Source of the DNA: Obrimoposthia wandeli | Lineage: Eukaryota | Length of the DNA: 64,000 bases | Direction of reading: 5' to 3' | Assembly (NCBI GenBank): GCA_977020255.1 | Contig: CDROCS010004540.1 | Location: 62,001 to 126,000 of the forward strand | Shown: piece by piece, positions 1 to 10,164 of the stretch | Layout: each line of letters begins with the position of its first letter | How positions within the stretch are numbered: position 1 is the first letter of the stretch | Notes under the pieces: model-generated | What the model was told of the DNA's origin: nothing | The model's input: only the letters and a program-made list of their open reading frames with translations | The model's database searches: none | Program-made: the position numbers and the translations under genes

Positions 1-1
1 A

Positions 2-2878
2 ATTGATATTCCTCTGGCCTTTCGTAATCGCCGCAGCCCCATAAAGGCCAGTAGCCCAAATACCACGACGAGTTCGGCCGTCGAAAATGAAGTACAGCAG
101 GAACAAGAACCACAAATTCTACCGGCCTCCCCTGATGATCCACAACACCAAGGGCAGCAAGAACAAAGCTCTGCGAGTGCTTCTCCAAAACCGGGTTATA
201 CCTATTCTGCACCAGCACATTCAGGCTCAATGCAAGCCTTTCGCCAGCATCAATCAGAAGCGCAGCAGGCGTATAGTAATATCCAAAGCCTACTCGCATT
301 GCGCTATCAACGCATTGAAAGTGGTGCTAGTAGCGCCGGTGTTGCCGCCGAACTCTCGCAACCGAGTATGCCAGTCGCCAACCATAGCCAAGTACAATCA
401 GCACTGCAGCAACTTTGGCAGAAATCAAATACTCAACCAGGGCACGTCCGCCAAGATTTAGAACGAGCCTTGGCCGCAGAAGATATTGGCCTGCCAGCGG
501 AAAACCGTGAAGCGATCGATACCCTTGAGCATGTCACACAAAACCTAGTCGCCAGCGAACAAATTTCTGACTTTGTTAAGCCTTTTATTGCTCAGTTAGA
601 ACAGCCATTATCGATGATGATGCTGAGCGACCCAAGCATGATGTTCAATCCACAGCATCCAGGTCGAGTCGCCTTAAACTCTATCTCCAAACTCGGCCGC
701 ATGACCACAACAGGCCAAGATAGGATCAGTGAAAAATTAAATGCGATGCTGCAAGATATTGATCCTAATAGCAGCGCAGATCAGCTCGAAGCCCAGTTGC
801 AGTCTTTGCAACTAGGTGTTGATACCATGCTTGTCGAAGCAGAACGACGAGTGAAAATGAATGCCGACCGTGTCGCACAGGCTGCCGAAGGTGAGCATAG
901 AGTTGATCAAGCACGTGCGAAAATTGCCCGTTTAATCACCAAAGATACCTCTGGTAGAACACTGCCGACGATTGTTATGGAATGGTTAGAGCAAGGCTGG
1001 AAACCACTATTAACGCTCATTTATTTACGTGAAACCATTGAAAGCAAACGCTTCCGAGGCGCAGTAAAGCTTTACCGCCAAGTATTATCGTTATTTAGTC
1101 CTAAGAATGCCGCCCATAAGGAGCTATTAGAACGCTTTTATCCCTTAATAAAACTCATGCACCGTGAGCTGGACCAACTCAACGGCCAACGACCAGAGCA
1201 TAGCCGCTGGCATAACGAAATCAATTTAGCCGCTGAGCAACACTTAGAAAGTGGCCAGATTGAAGAAGTCGTTGAAGTTCCTGCGGAAGTCGTTGAAGAA
1301 AAACCCGCTCTGGAAGGCAAAGGGGTGCGTCGAGCACTCAACTTACAGGTTGGCGATTGGCTATTAATGGTCGAGTCTGACAAAAATGTGTCCGTCGTTT
1401 GGATCGCTGAAGATGGCTCTAAGTTTGCCTGTGTTAATCATAGCGGCATGAAGGTAGTCGATTTCTCATTAGAGCAATTGGCCGAGGCTCTTGATGATGG
1501 TTCAGTGAAGCGCCTATACGAGCAAGAAGAGTCTGCGGTAGATCAAAGTTTGGATGCTTTAGTACAGCAAATTTATAATGATTTATCCGCCCAAGCGAAT
1601 ACAGATGCGTTAACCCAAATCAATACTCGCCAACACTTCATGCGTCATCTGAAAGAAGAAGCGGCAAGATCTCATCGTTCAAACCTAACGCATACGTTAT
1701 GCATGATTGATATTGATCAGTTTAAGCTAATCAATAGTGAGTACGGCGTAGAAGGAGGTGATGAGTGTTTAAAAGCGATTGCCAACGTATTACTGGAAAC
1801 CAGCACGAATAAAAGTGACTGTGCTCGCATGGGCAGCAATGAATTTGCCATTTTATTTCAACATGCAGACCTTAGCCACGGCGAAGAACAAGCACGTGCA
1901 TTGAAAAAAGCACTAGAGCAACTGGATATTATCAGCGGTCAGCATACATTCAGAATTCACCTCAGCATGGGGGTCTCAGAGTTAAATTATCAAGTCAGCG
2001 ATGAAATAGACCTAGTAGCATTTGCCGAGTCTGCTTGTTTATCAGCAAAAGATAAAGGTGGCAGCCGCGTCTACCGCTACATTGAGGATGATCATGCCCG
2101 CATTAAACGCGATGAATTTATGTCGTGGGCGAATAAACTAAATCAAGCGCTAGAAACAGATAAGCTACACCTTTTATGTCTACCCGTTACCGCCATTCAA
2201 GACGCTGAAAAACAACTGCGCCAATATGAAGTAATTATCAGTATTGAAGATGAGAACGGCACACAAGTTCCCCCACTAGAATACTTACAAGCAGCAGAAC
2301 ATTACAGTCGCATGTATTTAATCGATCGCTGGACACTGGAACAGCTGATTAAATGGATGAGCGCCCATCAAGATGAAGTAGCTAAAATTGATCGTTTCAT
2401 GATCAAGTTATCAGGCTACTCTATGAACGATGACTCGTTATTAGCCTTTATTTTTGATCAAGCCCGCGAGCATGATATTCCTGTTAATAAGTTCTGCTTT
2501 GAACTCAACGAAACGTCTGCAATTCAAAACATTGAAGACGCGGCGGATTTCATGCACGAAATGCGTAGCTTAGGCTGCGAATTCACCCTCTCTGATTTTG
2601 GCACAGGGCAATCATCCTTTGAATACCTCAAACGACTGCCGGTAAATTACGTCAAAATTGACCATACTTTTATTAAAGAGCTGGTCACAAGTTCTGCAGA
2701 TTACGCGATGGTGAAATCAATCCATGAGATTGCTCATTTCATGGCCAAGAAAACCATTGCAGAGCAGGTTAATGACGAAGATACGCTGAATATTCTCCGC
2801 AGTATTGGCATCGATCTAGCAATGGGAGGAGAGCTGTTAAAAGCAATCCCCTTAGATCAACTTGCTAAAAGTAATTAA
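2..2878 (+). CDS. DUF1631-type N-terminal region plus degenerate GGDEF and EAL domains (5'-truncated by window edge)
   Basis: The frame of ORF 230..2878 stays open back to position 2. GGDEF-like block IDIDQFKLIN...RMGSNEF; EAL-like block YEVII...FELNET...SDFGTG...VKID...AEQV. Confidence 0.85.
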   Translation: MDIPLAFRNRRSPIKASSPNTTTSSAVENEVQQEQEPQILPASPDDPQHQGQQEQSSASASPKPGYTYSAPAHSGSMQAFRQHQSEAQQAYSNIQSLLALRYQRIESGASSAGVAAELSQPSMPVANHSQVQSALQQLWQKSNTQPGHVRQDLERALAAEDIGLPAENREAIDTLEHVTQNLVASEQISDFVKPFIAQLEQPLSMMMLSDPSMMFNPQHPGRVALNSISKLGRMTTTGQDRISEKLNAMLQDIDPNSSADQLEAQLQSLQLGVDTMLVEAERRVKMNADRVAQAAEGEHRVDQARAKIARLITKDTSGRTLPTIVMEWLEQGWKPLLTLIYLRETIESKRFRGAVKLYRQVLSLFSPKNAAHKELLERFYPLIKLMHRELDQLNGQRPEHSRWHNEINLAAEQHLESGQIEEVVEVPAEVVEEKPALEGKGVRRALNLQVGDWLLMVESDKNVSVVWIAEDGSKFACVNHSGMKVVDFSLEQLAEALDDGSVKRLYEQEESAVDQSLDALVQQIYNDLSAQANTDALTQINTRQHFMRHLKEEAARSHRSNLTHTLCMIDIDQFKLINSEYGVEGGDECLKAIANVLLETSTNKSDCARMGSNEFAILFQHADLSHGEEQARALKKALEQLDIISGQHTFRIHLSMGVSELNYQVSDEIDLVAFAESACLSAKDKGGSRVYRYIEDDHARIKRDEFMSWANKLNQALETDKLHLLCLPVTAIQDAEKQLRQYEVIISIEDENGTQVPPLEYLQAAEHYSRMYLIDRWTLEQLIKWMSAHQDEVAKIDRFMIKLSGYSMNDDSLLAFIFDQAREHDIPVNKFCFELNETSAIQNIEDAADFMHEMRSLGCEFTLSDFGTGQSSFEYLKRLPVNYVKIDHTFIKELVTSSADYAMVKSIHEIAHFMAKKTIAEQVNDEDTLNILRSIGIDLAMGGELLKAIPLDQLAKSN

Positions 2879-2896
2879 CATTAACACTATTAATAT

Positions 2897-3118
2897 TTAA
2901 GGGTATGCAGCATCGAGGTGAAAGCCAGATGCTGCCAACCAGTTCTCTGCTTCAACTTGATTCGTAAAGCTATTCCCCTGAAAAGGACATGCCTGCTGCA
3001 TAAATTGCTTTGAAAATTCTTTCGCTGTTTGACTATTCCACGACCCCGAAATCGTCGCACAAAGTACATTTCCACTGACTTTAATATCAAAATCACCATG
3101 ATGAAATAATGTGGACAT
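2897..3118 (-). pseudogene. Small conserved hypothetical protein, apparently with an internal in-frame deletion
   Basis: 73-aa ORF from ATG 3118 (AAGGA upstream). The start (HGDFDIKV..SGSWN..TAKEF) and end (FTNQVEAENWLAASGF) resemble, from my recall, the two ends of ~130-aa STAS/SEC14-like marine proteins with the middle missing. Confidence 0.4.
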
Positions 3119-3251
3119 ATTCTTCCTTAATAAAACAGACATCTATCTCAATTATAGGAAAAATGGAAAAGTCTGTAGCAAAATAGTTTAGTTAAAATGT
3201 AACGCTAATCAGGGTATAATTCGCCCCTCATTTTTTCAGCTTAGATGCCTC

Positions 3252-4082
3252 ATGTTCAGATTATTGATAATTATTGCTTGTTTCAGTATACAAGCCTGCT
3301 CAATCAGCAATTTACCGACCAATCTTTCTCGTTCTATGATGAATCAGGAAGACCCAGAATTAGTTCGTGCCGCCGCTCCTGCTTACATGCTGATGCTAGA
3401 TGCTCTAATCGAAACTTACCCAGACGATGAAACATTTCTCATTCCCGCCGCTAAACTCTATGGTGCCTACGCGGGTGTTTTCTCAACGGACAAAGTGCAA
3501 AAACAGCGTATGGCGAATCGCGCTAAAGACTATGCTCAGCGCGCCCTATGTGAAAACGAAGAAGACCTATGCGAAGCATTGGGTAATAAGCTCGAAGACA
3601 TTCAATTAGAACTTGCTGACCTTGATGAAGATGAATTGCCTCTTATCTACACTTTTGCCGCCTCTTGGGCAAGCTGGATACAAGTCAATAGCAGTAATTG
3701 GGACGCTGTCGCCCAACTGCCTAAGGTAAAGACATTGTTCAACTGGGTACTGAGCTACGATCCTGATTACGATAACGGCACCGCACAAGTTTATATGGGC
3801 GTATTAGAGTCGCAACTTCCACCATCTTTAGGTGGTCGCCCAGACCTTGCCAAGATGCACTTCGAAAATGCGATTCGTGCCTCTAACGGTCGTCATCTAA
3901 TGGCCAAGGTGCTCTACGCTCAACAATATGCACGCTTATTGTTTGAGCAAGAGCTACACGATCGTTTATTAACCGAAGTTCTTCAGTCTGACTCTAAAGC
4001 TGAAGGTTTAACCCTAATTAATCAACTTGCCAAGCAACAAGCTGAAGTATTATTAGCAGAATCTGCTGAATATTTTGAATAA
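3252..4082 (+). CDS. TRAP transporter TatT-component (TPR-like lipoprotein)
   Basis: Lipobox-like SIQAC, helical protein with ESQLPPSLGGRPDLAKMHFE motif, first gene of a dctPQM operon. Confidence 0.85.
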   Translation: MFRLLIIIACFSIQACSISNLPTNLSRSMMNQEDPELVRAAAPAYMLMLDALIETYPDDETFLIPAAKLYGAYAGVFSTDKVQKQRMANRAKDYAQRALCENEEDLCEALGNKLEDIQLELADLDEDELPLIYTFAASWASWIQVNSSNWDAVAQLPKVKTLFNWVLSYDPDYDNGTAQVYMGVLESQLPPSLGGRPDLAKMHFENAIRASNGRHLMAKVLYAQQYARLLFEQELHDRLLTEVLQSDSKAEGLTLINQLAKQQAEVLLAESAEYFE

Positions 4083-4109
4083 GACTGATTTCACCTTGAG
4101 ACCGACCCT

Positions 4110-5102
4110 ATGCATTTTTTAAAAACACTCCTTGTAACAAGCTTAATTGCTTTCGCTAGCAGCCAAGCGATGGCTGCGACGTTAAAGATCGCCACAGTTG
4201 TGCCTAATGGCAGCAGCTGGATGAATGAAATGAAAGCCGCCGCCAAAGAAGTGAAGCAAAAAACAGCTGGCCGGGTCAAAATCAAGTATTACCCGGGTGG
4301 CGTTATGGGAAGCGATAAAACGGTTCTGCGTAAAATGCGTTCAGGCCAGCTTCATGGCGGCGCGATTTCGGCTGGGGCACTCGCTCACATATATAATGGC
4401 GTACAACTTTACAGCCTGCCGTTCACTTTTAATAACTTAGCCGAAGTACGCCATGTACGTAAAACTTTCGACCCTATTATTGCAACAGGTTTGGCTGACC
4501 ACGGCTTCCAACTACTAGGTCTTACAGAAGGTGGCTTTGCCTATTTAATGTCTAATAAGGCATTAACCAAAGCAGCCGACATACAAGGACAAAAAGTATG
4601 GGTTCCTGAAGGTGATTTAATTGGTAATGAAATATTCACAGTGGCGGGTATCAAGCCAATCGCCTCACCGATTTCAAACGTTTATACCGGCCTGCAAACG
4701 GGTTTATTAGACACAGTAACCATTAATCCATCGGGTGCGATTGCGCTGCAATGGCATACAAAAATTCAACACCTTGCCGATGAACCACTGCTATTAATTA
4801 TGGGCATGTTGGTTGTCGATCAAAAAGTATTTAACAAAATTAAAGCCGATGACCAAGTCATTGTTAAGCAAGCCGTCGCGGCGGCTTTTAAGCGTTTAGA
4901 TTCTATTAATGAAAAAGGCGATATCGGCGCTCGTGCGGCATTGCAAAAAAATGGTGTTCAATTCGATAAACCTTCCGGTTCAGAATGGCGTGAGATCGCA
5001 AAGCAAGCACTGACAAACTTAGAGAAAGTAGACGCATATCCAGCTGATACTTATCGACAGATGCAAACCGAATTAAAAGAATATCGTAAAGGCCATAAAT
5101 AA
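4110..5102 (+). CDS. dctP: TRAP substrate-binding protein (DctP/TatP)
   Basis: Signal peptide, LKIATVVPNGSSW, YYPGGVMGSD, VYTGLQTGLLD. Confidence 0.9.
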   Translation: MHFLKTLLVTSLIAFASSQAMAATLKIATVVPNGSSWMNEMKAAAKEVKQKTAGRVKIKYYPGGVMGSDKTVLRKMRSGQLHGGAISAGALAHIYNGVQLYSLPFTFNNLAEVRHVRKTFDPIIATGLADHGFQLLGLTEGGFAYLMSNKALTKAADIQGQKVWVPEGDLIGNEIFTVAGIKPIASPISNVYTGLQTGLLDTVTINPSGAIALQWHTKIQHLADEPLLLIMGMLVVDQKVFNKIKADDQVIVKQAVAAAFKRLDSINEKGDIGARAALQKNGVQFDKPSGSEWREIAKQALTNLEKVDAYPADTYRQMQTELKEYRKGHK

Positions 5103-5184
5103 GTCATAGATAGCTCAGGAAAGACCTTTTCCCAACAAGTTAATCTATCGCTCTCTACTTTCAACTGATAAACGCGAATACTAC

Positions 5185-5706
5185 ATGCCTAAAATCCAGA
5201 TCCAGCGCATTCAGCGCTGGTTACACTATGCCGAAGATTTTTTATTAGCCGCGGTATTATTTCTTATGCTGTCGCTAGCCATCACCGATATCGCGATGCG
5301 TTTGATCACTGGCGGTAGCCTGATTTGGATTCCTCCGGTATTACAAGTTCTGGTTCTATGGCTAGGCTTGCTCGGTGCATTACTTGCCAGCCGTAGCCAA
5401 GAGCATATCGCTATTGATGTTATCAGCCGCTTTGTTGGCCCTCTTGGGAAAAAAGTTTGCGGTATTAGTGGTAGTTTATTTGCCGCCATCGTTTGCAGTA
5501 TTGTCGCTTTTTACAGTGTTGAGTTTATTCAGCAATCGATTGAATATAACGACATTGCATTTGCACAAGTTCCCGCTTGGCCACTGCAGTTGATTATTCC
5601 CTTTACCTTTTCATTAATGGCAATTCGCTTCTTTTTACATGCTCTCGGATTTTTGCGTATTAAAAACTATCAGCCCAATCCCGCACTAAAAGGAGAGAAC
5701 GCATAA
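5185..5706 (+). CDS. dctQ: TRAP small permease subunit
   Basis: 4 hydrophobic segments, EHIAIDV motif, lies between dctP and dctM. Confidence 0.9.
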   Translation: MPKIQIQRIQRWLHYAEDFLLAAVLFLMLSLAITDIAMRLITGGSLIWIPPVLQVLVLWLGLLGALLASRSQEHIAIDVISRFVGPLGKKVCGISGSLFAAIVCSIVAFYSVEFIQQSIEYNDIAFAQVPAWPLQLIIPFTFSLMAIRFFLHALGFLRIKNYQPNPALKGENA

Positions 5707-6992
5707 TGGCCATGATGCTTTCTGCCCTGTTTATATTATTAGCCTTAATGGGTGCGCCATTATTCGCCGTTATCGCCGCCAGTGCGTTATGGGGATTTTT
5801 TCAGCTAGACGTTAATCTCTCGGTAGTCGCCATTGAAATTTATCGCTTAACCGAAATGCCCGTATTAACCGCGATTCCATTATTCACTTTTGCCGGTTAT
5901 TTACTCGGAGAAAGTAAAGCGCCGCAACGCCTAGTGCGTATTACCGATGCACTATTAGGCTGGATGCCAGGTGGTCTCGCCATCGTCGCATTAATCGCCT
6001 GCGCATTGTTTACCGCCTTTACAGGTGCCTCTGGCGTTACCATTGTTGCCTTAGGAGCGTTGCTCTACCCTGCACTAAAAAAAGCAGGCTATAGCACCAA
6101 TTTTAACTTGGGCTTAATTACGACTTCAGGCAGCTTGGGCTTGTTATTCGCCCCGTCATTGCCATTGATTCTTTATGGTGTTGTCGCCCAACAACTGGCG
6201 TTAGATATTCCTGTTAGCATTGACGATTTATTTTTAGCCGGCATTATTCCAGGCACTTTAATGCTCGTTGCCCTTTCTATTTACAGCGCCATTCAGCCAA
6301 GAGATCCCGCAGCAATAGCGAACAAAACAAAGTTTGATGCAAAGGAAGCCATTGCCGCGCTTAAAGATACTGCTTGGGAAGCCCCTCTGCCCTTTATTGT
6401 ATTAGGGGGCATTTATGGTGGTTTTATTGCCGTTTCTGAAGCCGCAGCAATCACGGCATTTTATGTTTTGCTCGTCACCGTGGTTATTCGTGGAGAAATC
6501 AGCCTGCGCAAACTGCCTATTGTTATGCGTGATTCGATGAAGTTAGTCGGCGCGATCATGGTTATTTTGGCGGTATCCTTAGCCTCTACCAACTATATGA
6601 TTGATGCTGGTATTCCTACCGCCATTTTCGATTTTATAAGTGAGCATATTGATAGCCAGCTAACCTTCTTATTTCTGCTGTTCTTATTTTTACTGGTACT
6701 GGGAATGATGCTCGATATCTTTTCAGCCATTGTGATCATGGTGCCGATCATATTACCGATTGCGATTCAATTTGGTATTCACCCGGTGCACCTTGGTATT
6801 TTATTCTTAGCGAATATGCAGCTGGGCTACTTCACACCCCCTGTCGGTATGAACTTATTCATTGCTAGCTTTCGCTTTCAGCGCCCAGTAACCGAACTGT
6901 ACCGAGCAACGATTCCTTTCTTCTTTATCTTGCTCACAACCGTTTTATTGATTACCTATGTACCTTGGTTGAGCTTAGTGTTTATTGACTAA
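5706..6992 (+). CDS. dctM: TRAP large permease subunit
   Basis: Highly hydrophobic, AIPLFTFAG, FTPPVGMNLF; stop/start overlap with dctQ. Confidence 0.92.
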   Translation: MAMMLSALFILLALMGAPLFAVIAASALWGFFQLDVNLSVVAIEIYRLTEMPVLTAIPLFTFAGYLLGESKAPQRLVRITDALLGWMPGGLAIVALIACALFTAFTGASGVTIVALGALLYPALKKAGYSTNFNLGLITTSGSLGLLFAPSLPLILYGVVAQQLALDIPVSIDDLFLAGIIPGTLMLVALSIYSAIQPRDPAAIANKTKFDAKEAIAALKDTAWEAPLPFIVLGGIYGGFIAVSEAAAITAFYVLLVTVVIRGEISLRKLPIVMRDSMKLVGAIMVILAVSLASTNYMIDAGIPTAIFDFISEHIDSQLTFLFLLFLFLLVLGMMLDIFSAIVIMVPIILPIAIQFGIHPVHLGILFLANMQLGYFTPPVGMNLFIASFRFQRPVTELYRATIPFFFILLTTVLLITYVPWLSLVFID

Positions 6993-7027
6993 CATCATCA
7001 AGTAACTGCAGAGCACAGCTGATTACC

Positions 7028-7672
7028 ATGTCGAAACGAACACTTTGTCCTCACTGCGAGAGACCCAAGAAAACGTGTTTATGTGATGACATCGTCAAAC
7101 TCAGCTGTGCGTATCAGCTAGTCATTCTGCAGGACCCGAAAGAAGCAAGACACGCACTTTCTTCTGCGCCGATCTTAGCAAAATCGATAATAAATGCTCG
7201 GCTCATTAGCGGTGAAATTTTTGACCCATTTGAATTGCTGGGTGAAAACTGGCAACAAGAAAGCTTATTAGTTTTCCCCCGTGATAATAGCCTTAACGGG
7301 GCGCAAGCAGCGCAGATGAAGTTCAAATATGTGATTCTATTAGACGGCACTTGGCGTAAAGTTTCGCGCCTGTTACATCTCAATCCATGGCTTATGCAAA
7401 TCCCCAGCATTGCAATACAAGCAACAAATGCCAGTGAATATCAAATTCGAAAATCTCCTCGTGCAGATGGTTTATCAACCATTGAAGCCGCAGTAAAAGT
7501 GCTCAATGACTTGGAACCCGATAAAGATTTCAGCCCGATATTAAATGCGTTTCATAAAATGATCGATTTCCAAATCCAAGCAATGGGTTTAGAAACCTTC
7601 CAGCAGAACTATCCCAACAGTTATCCAAATAACTCGCAAAATAGTTCTCAAGAAAGCCCTCAAAAAAGTTAA
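7028..7672 (+). CDS. DTW-domain protein (tRNA-uridine aminocarboxypropyltransferase family)
   Basis: N-terminal CxxC..CxC, LDGTWRK motif, LSTIEA; low-complexity N/S/Q tail. Confidence 0.88.
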   Translation: MSKRTLCPHCERPKKTCLCDDIVKLSCAYQLVILQDPKEARHALSSAPILAKSIINARLISGEIFDPFELLGENWQQESLLVFPRDNSLNGAQAAQMKFKYVILLDGTWRKVSRLLHLNPWLMQIPSIAIQATNASEYQIRKSPRADGLSTIEAAVKVLNDLEPDKDFSPILNAFHKMIDFQIQAMGLETFQQNYPNSYPNNSQNSSQESPQKS

Positions 7673-7681
7673 CCTGTATCT

Positions 7682-8422
7682 ATGAGACAATCTGTCAACG
7701 AAATACACCGAAGTTATGATGAGCTTGGTCCGATTCAAGTTTTAGATGACGGCCATAAACGTTACCTAGCCTTTGGCACAGACGATGAACAAAGCTGCCA
7801 GCTCATAAACCAACCTCACATATTGCAGCACGAGTATACTCGGGCGATGTTATTGGCCTTACTAATGGTGGAGCCGAAACACATCACCGTGATCGGCACA
7901 GGCGGAGGCTGCTTATTAACAACACTGAATCACCTGCTACCCGACTGCCAATTACAAGGTGTCGAACTTAGACGCGAGGTTGCTCGCTTAGCCTATAAAT
8001 ATTTTCAACTGCCAAAGCATGATGGCATTAACTTACACATTGGCGATGGTTTTGAATACTTAAAAAATACCGATCTTAAAAGCGACATCATCATTGCAGA
8101 TATGTACCTAGCAGACGGTATCGACCAACAACAACTGTCTCAAAAGTTTCTCGCCATTAGTTATGAGCGCTTGAATCAAGGAGGCTGGCTCGTACTCAAT
8201 TATTGGCTTGAACATAGATTAGAAGAACATCTTGCAGATGCTTTGCATGATTATTTTGATCAGATATACATGTGCGATACAGGGGGAGGTAACTGGGTTA
8301 TTTTTGCAGGGAAGGTAGATATACATCGCCAACTTATAAACGAAGACAAGCTTAAATATTTTTCTAATGCAGCAGGATTTTCTTTGAATAAGTTCCTTAA
8401 ACGCTTAGTCATACTGGCTTAA
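7682..8422 (+). CDS. Spermidine-synthase-like SAM-dependent methyltransferase
   Basis: IGTGGG SAM motif, VELR, DGFEYL, DIIIADMY. Confidence 0.8.
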   Translation: MRQSVNEIHRSYDELGPIQVLDDGHKRYLAFGTDDEQSCQLINQPHILQHEYTRAMLLALLMVEPKHITVIGTGGGCLLTTLNHLLPDCQLQGVELRREVARLAYKYFQLPKHDGINLHIGDGFEYLKNTDLKSDIIIADMYLADGIDQQQLSQKFLAISYERLNQGGWLVLNYWLEHRLEEHLADALHDYFDQIYMCDTGGGNWVIFAGKVDIHRQLINEDKLKYFSNAAGFSLNKFLKRLVILA

Positions 8423-8705
8423 TTTTAACTTTCAGACTTGTGTTTATTGCATATCATTTTTCAAAAGAAACAGTGCAACTTCACCCCACCTTTCGGCACT
8501 ACCGTTCTAATATCTATCAGCTTTTTAGTTCTTTAATTTATCAACAATCATCATGGCCAAATAACCAAGCCATATCAGCATAAATCTAGGTTTTTAGTCA
8601 TACTTTCTATTCAATAAAACAGTACTTTATTCGGTATAGTTAATTATTAATAAACTGTTAGCATAGCGGGCTATTTCATCAACCAAAAATAAAGGAATAT
8701 TAAAA

Positions 8706-9491
8706 ATGAAATTTAAACATTTTCTCTCAACAGTCGCTCTCGTTATTGTCAGTTCATTTTCTCAAGCTGAAATAAAAATACTTGAAAGCAGCAACATTAA
8801 TTTGTACAGCAATAATATTTATCCAAACCTAGATTTAAACAATCTCAATAAAATAAAAATTAGAGTTGATCAAAAAATTAATTCCAATAGAGGTTTAGTA
8901 GTCGACGATATAGAAAGAGTTGAATTCCAATTCTCTAATGCTAATAACTTAATCGCAAAAAATCTTACCAAGATCCCGAACATCCCGAACACCTATCGCG
9001 CGGTTGTTACTAGCCCTTGGGTTTTTAAGAAAGTTCTCGTAGAGCTATCCGGTAATGAGGACTTTGATGGCATTCATTTTAACTACCGCGTTATTGTCAT
9101 GGACAGTACGTCGAACATTAACAATATTGAGCAAACACAAGGTATTGAATTATTCAGTGGCAATGCGGAACTCGTCAATGTTTCGGCTAGAAAGGTTGTT
9201 GATGTTGTACGAACAAAATATTTAAATAAGCCACTAATATTACGTTTATTACATAATACCAATCCTACTGGCATTGAGATTGAAGCAACTTGGTTCGGAC
9301 ATGGTACAAAGATACTAACGCTACCATCACCTTTTCAACCTGGTTCATACCCTGTAGCATTAATCCTTGACTCATCCACAGGTGATCAGCGTATTAAAGC
9401 TCGTTTTGATGATGCCTACAACGGCACAGAAACCCCAGATGAAAGCCTGCATACTCTACTTGAGCAAGCATTCGGTTCTCTACCTCAATAA
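8706..9491 (+). CDS. Hypothetical secreted protein
   Basis: 261-aa ORF, signal peptide (MKFK...SQA), AAGGA RBS, visibly AT-rich. Confidence 0.7.
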   Translation: MKFKHFLSTVALVIVSSFSQAEIKILESSNINLYSNNIYPNLDLNNLNKIKIRVDQKINSNRGLVVDDIERVEFQFSNANNLIAKNLTKIPNIPNTYRAVVTSPWVFKKVLVELSGNEDFDGIHFNYRVIVMDSTSNINNIEQTQGIELFSGNAELVNVSARKVVDVVRTKYLNKPLILRLLHNTNPTGIEIEATWFGHGTKILTLPSPFQPGSYPVALILDSSTGDQRIKARFDDAYNGTETPDESLHTLLEQAFGSLPQ

Positions 9492-9504
9492 TAAAACGGC
9501 GGAT

Positions 9505-10164
9505 TTAAACAATCCGCGCGCACCATACGATTTTACCGGCGATAGGATTAGCTTCTCTAGCAGACGCTTCTATCGTCCGGCTTTCGTACTCTGGATTATC
9601 ACTTACTACTCGTAATACACCTTTACTTTCACTTAAACGTTTCGCCATTAAGCCATTCTCACTTTGCAATAAATACAAACCTTCATGAGCAACCGTTTTC
9701 TGCGACATATCCACCAACACACGATCACCATCGTGCAAGGTCGGTAGCATACTGTCACCACTGATAGTAACGAACACCAATTCTTCACTAGAAACCTTTA
9801 ATTGACGCGATAAAAAAGACTTATTAAAAGCAAAATAATCTTCAATATCTTCAGCCACAACATCACTGCCCATACCTGCAGAAGCCTGCACATCAAACAT
9901 CGGAGCAAATACCAGATCACTATCTTTGGGTGTTCCCGCAACTTGAGCACCTTCACTATGCTCACCGGTTAATAGCCAGGTCAAATCGACTTTATATTCA
10001 CCATACAGTTCTTGTAAGTACGCCATAGAAGGACGACTCATACCGCGGCAGATTTTATAAATATGGGAAGCAGACTTGCCAGTGAGTTCAGCAAAGTGTT
10101 TTTTATTACCTTTCGCGAGTTGATCAACAACCAGCTGAAAGCGACGAGCAAAAGCAGTAGACAT
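9505..10164 (-). CDS. XRE-HTH / S24 peptidase (LexA/CI-like) transcriptional repressor
   Basis: N-terminal HTH ending WLLTG, Ala-Gly cleavage site (QASAG), catalytic Ser (GDSM) and Lys (LMAKRL). ATG 10164 preferred to 10185. Confidence 0.9.
   Translation of the reverse strand: MSTAFARRFQLVVDQLAKGNKKHFAELTGKSASHIYKICRGMSRPSMAYLQELYGEYKVDLTWLLTGEHSEGAQVAGTPKDSDLVFAPMFDVQASAGMGSDVVAEDIEDYFAFNKSFLSRQLKVSSEELVFVTISGDSMLPTLHDGDRVLVDMSQKTVAHEGLYLLQSENGLMAKRLSESKGVLRVVSDNPEYESRTIEASAREANPIAGKIVWCARIV

Noticed and set aside
87-461. 124-aa ORF and other short ORFs overlapping long genes (e.g. 1138, 5226, 21580, 35252, 38505, 59822, 63302)
   Set aside because: Alternate-frame or antisense shadows of well-supported CDSs with no motifs.
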